A program made the translations under genes and the position numbers. The notes under the pieces were generated by a model that was not told the DNA's origin, made no database searches, and saw nothing but the letters and a program-made list of their open reading frames with translations. 64,000 nt of DNA, from the IMG/VR virus record IMGVR_UViG_3300033143_006101, positions 124,001 to 188,000 of that record. One strand, 5' to 3'. Below are positions 57,194 to 64,000 of the stretch, one piece after another. Numbering within the stretch: the first letter of the stretch is position 1; each line of letters starts with the position of its first letter.

Positions 57194-58036
57194 ATGGAAC
57201 AATTTAAAATCGCTGGTGGTAGTGTTGCCGGACGTGATCATATTATTTCTAACAAACCCAACCAAGACGCATATGATTGGATAGAGGATGATGAATTCAT
57301 TATAGCAACTGTCTCTGATGGTTGTGGAGGAAGCCCACATAGTGAAATAGGAGCTAAATTAGGAGTTAAATTATTTAATAGTTACGTTTTAGAACATATT
57401 AAAGATATAACACAAGATGATATGCGAGTATTTATACTCAACTATCATCGCACACTAGAAATAGCTACAATATTACTCAATAAAAAAATAAACAGGCTTG
57501 CCGTAGATACTGCTCACGATATGGGATATAAGAAAACACTTAATGACTATTTCCTATTTACAATAGTCAACACAATTATTACAAAAAAGAATGCTGGCGT
57601 AGCTGTTATAGGAGATGGTATCTTTCAATTCAATGAGAGATTAACAGTAGTAGAATCCAAAGACAATACCCCAGATTATCCTATATACAGCTTATTGGGA
57701 AAACCGTTTACAATTACACACGCTACAGCAAAAGGAGATCATATTAATGATCCTTGGGATTTTCTTCTTATAGGATCCGATGGCTGTAATGATTTAATAC
57801 AAGCTGCAGACAAAACATTACCAGGTAAAAAAGGAAAAGTAGGAGAACTACGACAATTTTACGATAATGATAAATTTTATAAAAACCCTGATATGGTTCG
57901 TCGTAGGCTTGCCCAAATAAATAAGACAACGCAGAGAATTGATTGGGATAACAAAAAGATAAACACAGAACACGGGCATCTTAAAGATGATACCACTCTT
58001 ATTTGTATAAAAACAAATTATGAAAAAGGAGAGTAA
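57194..58036 (+). CDS. PP2C-family protein phosphatase
   Basis: GSVAGRDH...NQDA, VSDGCGG..HSEIGA, IGDG, GSDG, DDTT. Confidence 0.9.
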   Translation: MEQFKIAGGSVAGRDHIISNKPNQDAYDWIEDDEFIIATVSDGCGGSPHSEIGAKLGVKLFNSYVLEHIKDITQDDMRVFILNYHRTLEIATILLNKKINRLAVDTAHDMGYKKTLNDYFLFTIVNTIITKKNAGVAVIGDGIFQFNERLTVVESKDNTPDYPIYSLLGKPFTITHATAKGDHINDPWDFLLIGSDGCNDLIQAADKTLPGKKGKVGELRQFYDNDKFYKNPDMVRRRLAQINKTTQRIDWDNKKINTEHGHLKDDTTLICIKTNYEKGE

Positions 58037-58037
58037 T

Positions 58038-58340
58038 ATGATAGAACAAGAATTAATAAAAGCGTTATCTGAAAAGATATTGAAAAACATTCTATCAGAC
58101 GAAGATTTTATTACAAAAAATACTAACGCATTAAAATTAAAAGTAAAGAAAGCAATAGAAAGAGTATCTGTAGAACAACTAACAGATACTTTAGAACATT
58201 TGTTAGCAAGAGAACTAAACGATGTATCTATTTGTGATATTTGGGAAGACATGAATGGAGGAGATGCATTAAATGATGCACTCTATGATTTTTTCAAAAG
58301 AATAGATTTCACTTTAAAACCAAAAAAGAAAAAAAGATAG
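58038..58340 (+). CDS. hypothetical protein
   Basis: ORF with AGGAG RBS. Confidence 0.55.
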   Translation: MIEQELIKALSEKILKNILSDEDFITKNTNALKLKVKKAIERVSVEQLTDTLEHLLARELNDVSICDIWEDMNGGDALNDALYDFFKRIDFTLKPKKKKR

Positions 58341-58348
58341 GAAGTGAT

Positions 58349-58597
58349 ATGAGCTTAATCTTAAACTGTTGTGAATGTGAGAAAGAAATTTCCAGAGGAA
58401 CAGTCGGAACACTTCCTTTAGAAAAGAAAGATATGAATGATGATTATTTCTTTTTAGGTAAAGGAATTGGATACACAGGGCTTTGGTCTAATTCTAATAT
58501 GGAAGTTGATGAAAAATACCGCCAACCTGTCATATGTGGTACTTGTATAAAAGAAAAACTTCCAGAAGTAGCAAAAACTTTTTACAAGGAGGATTAA
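58349..58597 (+). CDS. small Cys-rich protein
   Basis: CCEC...ICGTC. Confidence 0.55.
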   Translation: MSLILNCCECEKEISRGTVGTLPLEKKDMNDDYFFLGKGIGYTGLWSNSNMEVDEKYRQPVICGTCIKEKLPEVAKTFYKED

Positions 58598-58598
58598 G

Positions 58599-58847
58599 AT
58601 GCAGTCAGACATGAGACATTTAGTAGACTTAGAAGGTAAAACAGAGAAAGAGAAAAACAGAATGAAGAATAGAGGTTACGAAAAAATTCCTAAAGACTTA
58701 CAAGCAGAGGCTACAAAACAATTAAAAGATAAAAAAGAAATAATTGTTAAAGACGATGGTAGTGCATTATCGGAACATGCGAAGAAAGAACGTAAGAGAA
58801 GATTAGAAAAAGCGAGAAAGAGACGTAAAAAAAGGAAGAAAAGATGA
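58599..58847 (+). CDS. small basic protein
   Basis: Lys/Arg-rich C-terminus; AGGAGG RBS. Confidence 0.55.
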   Translation: MQSDMRHLVDLEGKTEKEKNRMKNRGYEKIPKDLQAEATKQLKDKKEIIVKDDGSALSEHAKKERKRRLEKARKRRKKRKKR

Positions 58848-58860
58848 AATAGGAGGCAAT

Positions 58861-59535
58861 ATGAACTTAAGTGAATATAAAGAACATTTTATCAATAAAG
58901 AATTAGTACCTGTCACAGGATTATGTGGCAGAATTATTCGTGGCACTAAACCAGAAGATTTTGAGACATTGACAGATGATCCAGATCGTAAATTAGTTAT
59001 GCTTATGGGCCCAGATGGTCTCGAGAAACTTCTAGGTAAAGATGCGTATAATATGCTTATAGAAATAGGATATGAAAAAGATTATATCCAACGTAAACTG
59101 GATGAAGGCAATCAATTCAAACTTGTTGTCTTTGAAGAAGGTGGAGAAGCAGATATTGCTGAATGGTTTAATGTTATACGCATAGTTGGTAAAACATATC
59201 CTAAAATTTCTAGTAAGCTACAAAAACAATTGTACGAATTAAAAGCTACCCCATTTAAACAAATAGAAAATCAAGTTGGATATGATTTTAGTGAAATAGA
59301 TAAGTTAGGAAAACAGGATGCTCGATTTATGACCTATGAACGCTATGAAAAGAGCCATGGTACGTTAGAACAAGCTAGGGCATTTTTATATTTCACAGTA
59401 CATCTAAGAGAACTCTTTTCAGGTGATGGTTATACATACACTGCAGATGGAGACAAGGGTTTAATGGAATATATTTGTCCCAATAAAAAACTCAGTGAGC
59501 TTGGAGCTCACGAAGTAATTAATATTAATTTTTAG
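58861..59535 (+). CDS. hypothetical protein
   Basis: 224-aa ORF with AGGAGG RBS; 'LFSGDGYT...G..EY'. Confidence 0.7.
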   Translation: MNLSEYKEHFINKELVPVTGLCGRIIRGTKPEDFETLTDDPDRKLVMLMGPDGLEKLLGKDAYNMLIEIGYEKDYIQRKLDEGNQFKLVVFEEGGEADIAEWFNVIRIVGKTYPKISSKLQKQLYELKATPFKQIENQVGYDFSEIDKLGKQDARFMTYERYEKSHGTLEQARAFLYFTVHLRELFSGDGYTYTADGDKGLMEYICPNKKLSELGAHEVININF

Positions 59536-59544
59536 GGAGGACAG

Positions 59545-60378
59545 ATGATATTACACTGCGATAAAACGGTTACACACACCATCAAAAGACTTCGAGAATT
59601 TACGGACATAGCAGTTATTGGCCTAAGTGGCGGGGCCGACTCTACTGTAGTTGCAAGCCTTTGTGTACAAGCACTAGGAGAAAAAAACGTATACGGTATA
59701 CACATGCCGTATAGTGAAACAGATAGAAATGAACACAACTCTATGTCTTTAAATATAGGAAAATATCTCGACATCAACAACATCACCCATGATATCTATA
59801 AAGCAGTAGATGAATGTGAAAAACAAGCACAGTTTCAATTAGGAAAACGTTTTCACGAAGACTTAACCACTCGACAATGGAACCTTCTTTTAGGCAATGT
59901 GAAAGCTCGAGAAAGGATGCAAGTACTTTACACCTACAATGAGCTAGTTGCACATGCTACAGGAAAAAAATGTAGAGTCATAGGAACAGGAAACCTCTCA
60001 GAGGATTTTATCGGGTACGCTACTAAATATGGGGATTTGGGTGTGGACATCAATCCAATAGGTGACTTGTTTAAAAGCGAAGTGTATCAATTGTTAGATT
60101 ACTTCAAAGATCTCGGAGTAATTAAAGAAGAGCACATCAATCGAATACCTTCAGCCAATTTGTGGGAAAGGCAAACGGACGAAGAAGAGATTGGAATGAC
60201 ATACGATGAAATGGAACCTATTATTCATGATCTAATGCAACCACATGGTCTTGGTCGGCCAGTAGACAAAGAGATATACAATAAAGTAAAAAAATTATAT
60301 TACAGCAATCTTCATAAAACAGAACCAATACCTGTAATTAATTTAACACAATTTACTGATAGGGTGGTATCAAGATGA
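59545..60378 (+). CDS. nadE: NH3-dependent NAD+ synthetase
   Basis: GLSGGADS, NVKARERM, GTGNLSE, GYATKYGD, NPIGDLFKSEV, PSANLW..QTDE. Confidence 0.95.
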   Translation: MILHCDKTVTHTIKRLREFTDIAVIGLSGGADSTVVASLCVQALGEKNVYGIHMPYSETDRNEHNSMSLNIGKYLDINNITHDIYKAVDECEKQAQFQLGKRFHEDLTTRQWNLLLGNVKARERMQVLYTYNELVAHATGKKCRVIGTGNLSEDFIGYATKYGDLGVDINPIGDLFKSEVYQLLDYFKDLGVIKEEHINRIPSANLWERQTDEEEIGMTYDEMEPIIHDLMQPHGLGRPVDKEIYNKVKKLYYSNLHKTEPIPVINLTQFTDRVVSR

Positions 60379-61031
60379 TAATCTACTGTACTTTAAATAA
60401 AATTACAGGAAGAATCTATATAGGCAAAGATACAAAAAATGACCCTAACTACTTAGGCTCCGGTAAAATATTAAAACACGCAATCAAAAAATATGGAGCA
60501 CACAACTTCTCGAAACATATTTTAGAACACTGTTCCTCTAAAAAAGAATTAGAAAAAAAAGAGAGAATTTGGATAACTGGCTTAAACACAACTAACCGTG
60601 TCATAGGATATAATATAACAAAAGGAGGAACAGGAGAAGATACTTTTACCAATAACCCTAACAAAGAAAAAATAAGAAAACAAAAATCCAAAAAACTAAA
60701 AGGTCGTCCTTCCCCAAAAAAGGGAACAACAATAAAAACAGAAACAAAACAAAAGATAAGTAAAAACAATGGACGATACTGGAAAGGGAAGCACCTCTCT
60801 ATACAAACAAAAAACAAACTTAGAGAAAAAAATAAAAAACAAGACATGTCTTACCAACATGTTAAATATACTTTATTATCACCAGATAATAAAATTATAA
60901 TTACAACCAAAGGCTTATCCCATTTTTTAAAAGAACATAACATTCCCAAAACCTGTTTTTATAGATTGGTAAAAAACCCTGCTAAAAAATATAAAGGATG
61001 GAAAATTTTATGCAACACTACAGTTTCTTAG
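60375..61031 (+). mobile_element. free-standing GIY-YIG homing endonuclease with NUMOD3 repeats
   Basis: IIY...IYIG, YLGSG, GYNI..GG; basic repeats; inserted between nadE and pncB. Confidence 0.85.
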
Positions 61032-62173
61032 ATACTGATTACTATAAATTTACACAAGGACAATTCGTCTTTAATCAATTTCCTAATATGAAAACGAAAC
61101 ATGTATTTTTTAATAGGAGTAAAAACATAGACTTACGTCCGTATAAACAAGAAATAGAAGAAGCTATTTTACAATTTTGTGATACGACCATCACTCCCGA
61201 CGAACTTTCCTTTTTAAAATCACAAAAAATATTTAAAACGAATTACTTAGAATTTCTCAAATTATTAAAACTGAACCCTATATTTTTAAAAATATGGAAC
61301 GATGACACTTTACATATAGAAATAGAAGGACCATTCTTCATTACTATTTATTTTGAAAAAATATTATCTATTATAAGCGAAGTTTATTCTAAAAAAACAC
61401 TACTTTACCCCGACTTTAAAGATGCTTACAAAACTTTAGATAAAAAAATAAAAATACTTAATGACAAACCATATGGAGTTAGATTTGCTGATTTTGGAAC
61501 AAGAAGAAGATACAGCTATGCTTGGCATAGAAAAGTCATAGAATACTTTCATACCAAATTAAATAATCATCAAATGATTGGCACGTCCAATGTCTTATTT
61601 GCAAAAGATTATAACATTAGACCTATTGGCACCCAGGCTCATGAAATATACATGATGGGACAACAAAGTAGTGTTAAACTAGCAGATAGCCAAAAACATA
61701 TATTACAAAAATGGGTAGACGAATATCGCGGAGACCTTGGGATCGCACTAACAGACACTATTAATCTAAACGCATTCTTGAAAGACTTTGATAATTATTT
61801 TGCTAAGCTGTACGACGGTGTACGACACGATAGTGGGGACCCCTTTCTATTCGGTAGAAAAATAATTGAACATTACCAAAAATTGGGAATAGACCCTAGA
61901 ACAAAAACAATTGTTTTTTCTGACGGTTTAAACTTTGACCTTGTGATGAAACTATTTGAAGAATTCAGTGACCAAATAAAAGTATCTTTTGGCATAGGCA
62001 CAAACCTTACTCATGATTTTTCAGACATAGGCCCTCTTAGTATAGTAATCAAAATGCAACAATGTAATGGACAACCTGTCGCTAAGATATCCGATTCACC
62101 TGGAAAAATAATGTGCCAAGACGAGCAGTATCTTAATTATTTAAAAAGAGTATTCGAAGTAACAGCTGACTAA
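60998..62173 (+). CDS. pncB: nicotinate phosphoribosyltransferase
   Basis: LDTDYYKFT, DFGTRRR, GTSN, GTQAHE, LTDT, GVRHDSGDP, FSDGL, FGIGT, KISDSPGK. Confidence 0.95.
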   Translation: MENFMQHYSFLDTDYYKFTQGQFVFNQFPNMKTKHVFFNRSKNIDLRPYKQEIEEAILQFCDTTITPDELSFLKSQKIFKTNYLEFLKLLKLNPIFLKIWNDDTLHIEIEGPFFITIYFEKILSIISEVYSKKTLLYPDFKDAYKTLDKKIKILNDKPYGVRFADFGTRRRYSYAWHRKVIEYFHTKLNNHQMIGTSNVLFAKDYNIRPIGTQAHEIYMMGQQSSVKLADSQKHILQKWVDEYRGDLGIALTDTINLNAFLKDFDNYFAKLYDGVRHDSGDPFLFGRKIIEHYQKLGIDPRTKTIVFSDGLNFDLVMKLFEEFSDQIKVSFGIGTNLTHDFSDIGPLSIVIKMQQCNGQPVAKISDSPGKIMCQDEQYLNYLKRVFEVTAD

Positions 62174-62190
62174 TACACTGGAGATCAACT

Positions 62191-62457
62191 ATGCTAAATT
62201 CTTTACAAAAATATTTAATAAACCACAACAGTAAAGAGCTACAAGACTTCAAGTATCCCTTCATGCCTCAATGTATTATTCATGTTAGTATTACCATAAC
62301 AAAACATTCCTTCTCCGATAAATTTTATTGGTATGGAAGAGTAGACTTTGAAAACGGCAATACTAAAGGTAAACAGCGATTTGGCGATAGTGATGATTTT
62401 GAATCTTTAGTACATGAAATGAATGAATTTATAAAAAGCCTAGAAGGACAAAAATGA
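62191..62457 (+). CDS. hypothetical protein
   Basis: ORF with GGAG RBS. Confidence 0.55.
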   Translation: MLNSLQKYLINHNSKELQDFKYPFMPQCIIHVSITITKHSFSDKFYWYGRVDFENGNTKGKQRFGDSDDFESLVHEMNEFIKSLEGQK

Positions 62458-62777
62458 AAGAGAACAGAATAACAATAGATTTTATGCATAATGACGAAAG
62501 TTATTCTGCATGCTATAAAGCAGATTTTTACGCAGATAAATATATAGACCATCGTCTTCAAAAAGTATTGAAATGTAACGACACAATTGTAGGCTCTATG
62601 ATTAAAGATAGAAACTTAATGAAAACCTTTTCGATTGCAGGTGATGGTATAGAAGAACACCCCCCACAATACGGATTCCCCCACATCACAGGAGCTATGG
62701 AATATATAGCAGAACTTGATTTATTATTACCCCATTGGCTTATAAAACCCAGGAGAAAAGATGAGAATCTCGATTAA
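62454..62777 (+). CDS. hypothetical protein
   Basis: ORF in operon. Confidence 0.5.
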   Translation: MKENRITIDFMHNDESYSACYKADFYADKYIDHRLQKVLKCNDTIVGSMIKDRNLMKTFSIAGDGIEEHPPQYGFPHITGAMEYIAELDLLLPHWLIKPRRKDENLD

Positions 62778-64000
62778 AGGACAACAACACAACCTCACTC
62801 CCTCAAAGATCATAGGACAAGGAGGAGAAGCTGTCATATATAAAATAGATCAGAATACTGTTGCAAAAATATTCAAAGATAGTAATCACCCCGACTTCAT
62901 TACTAAAGAAGAGAAAGATGCAGTTAAATTTAGACTAAAAGAGCACCAGAAAAAACTCCTTGAATTTCCCCAGGGGCTACCGTCAAATGTAATTGCACCA
63001 AAAGACATTATACAGGATAATAATAAAGTAATCGGGTATACAATGCAATTAGTATCCGCAGCTGAAGTATTGAAAAAGTACAGTGAAAAACAATTCCGAC
63101 AAATGGGCATAAATAACAGTACTGTAATAGATATTTTTTGGATGCTCAGAAATATTGTAACTAAAGTACATGAAAAAGATATAGTCATAGGCGACTTTAA
63201 TGATTTAAATATTATGGTTGTAAATACTAGTTCATATTTAATAGATACTGATAGCTTTCAATATGGGAAATGGTTATGCCGAGTATATACAACCAGATTT
63301 GTGGATCCATTAAATTGTAATGGAGAGATGATATTATCAAAACCACATAATAAAAATTCTGATTGGTATGCGTTCAATATTTTATTATTTCAATCATTAT
63401 TATTAGTAGATCCTTATGGAGGCGTGTTCAAACCAAAAGATAAAAGCCAAAACATACCTCATAACAAAAGACCTTTATATAGAATTACAGTATTCAACAA
63501 TGAAGTTAAATATCCTAAACCAGCAACACCGTATAGCATATTACAAGATGATCTATTACATCATTTCCAACAAGTATTTGAAAAAGATATTAGAACACCG
63601 TTTCCGGAAAAACTTTTAGAAATGGAATGGAAAAAATGTAAGAAATGTGATTTAATGCATGCTAGATCACAATGCCCTATTTGTATAGGCATAGTACCAG
63701 CACCAATAATAAAAGAGGCTATTCAAGTAAGAGGAAAAGTGACTGCTACAAAGAAATTTACAACAAAAGGTATTATCGTATTTGCTCAGGTATTAAATAA
63801 TAAATTATATTGGTTATTTACTAAAAAAGATGACAGTACCCCCATCTTATTTTTAGGTGTAGATAAAACAGAATCTGAATTACAAAAAGTAGTCCTAAGA
63901 CCCGGTAAAAGATTCAGAATATATAATAATTGTTATGTAGAAGGGCAAACTACAAAACTTTATTATAATGCAACTAAAACCAGGCACCCAGGACAGCAAA
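62761..64000 (+). CDS. Ser/Thr protein kinase (runs off window end; not in ORF track)
   Basis: hand translation MRISIKG...IGQGGEAVIY, VAKIF, IVIGDFNDLNI, LIDTDSFQ, DWYAF; then CKKC...CPIC zinc ribbon. Confidence 0.88.
   Translation, partial: MRISIKGQQHNLTPSKIIGQGGEAVIYKIDQNTVAKIFKDSNHPDFITKEEKDAVKFRLKEHQKKLLEFPQGLPSNVIAPKDIIQDNNKVIGYTMQLVSAAEVLKKYSEKQFRQMGINNSTVIDIFWMLRNIVTKVHEKDIVIGDFNDLNIMVVNTSSYLIDTDSFQYGKWLCRVYTTRFVDPLNCNGEMILSKPHNKNSDWYAFNILLFQSLLLVDPYGGVFKPKDKSQNIPHNKRPLYRITVFNNEVKYPKPATPYSILQDDLLHHFQQVFEKDIRTPFPEKLLEMEWKKCKKCDLMHARSQCPICIGIVPAPIIKEAIQVRGKVTATKKFTTKGIIVFAQVLNNKLYWLFTKKDDSTPILFLGVDKTESELQKVVLRPGKRFRIYNNCYVEGQTTKLYYNATKTRHPGQQ

Noticed and set aside
1901-63619. Numerous short opposite-strand or nested ORFs in the track (e.g. 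2567-2866, 9739-10146, 19806-20111, 57848-58252, 62886-63188, 63416-63619)
   Set aside because: They overlap well-supported genes and lack RBS or motifs; only 2824-3141 carries a recognisable motif and RBS

Overview
AT-rich segment of a large tailed dsDNA phage (probably jumbo-size), host not determinable. (i) 1-13.4 kb, + strand: early-type region of small ORFs, each preceded by a non-terminator hairpin and a strong AGGAGG RBS. It carries two C5 DNA methyltransferases (one apparently a two-frame alpha/beta enzyme), an MT-A70 methylase, a DUF853 ATPase and a lytic transglycosylase. (ii) 13.4-34 kb, - strand: intein-containing terminase large subunit, two sigma-like factors, SF2 helicase, tubulin/FtsZ-family protein, primase, DnaB, DnaC-like loader, RecA, UDG-fused family A polymerase, RuvC and a putative SSB. 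(iii) 35-54.5 kb, - strand accessory region holding the main finding: a Ro60/TROVE-vWA-like gene with five unannotated Y-RNA-like genes. These share one bulged-C helix and a UACAAG motif but attach it to tRNA bodies in different topologies. The same region has a candidate ubiquitin-like conjugation set (Ubl ending in Gly, ThiF/E1, JAB peptidase, a Cys protein as possible E2). (iv) 54.7-64 kb, + strand: metallophosphoesterase, PP2C, NadE, PncB and a Ser/Thr kinase. All calls come from motif reading and hand-pairing by eye; no searches or folding programs were run.
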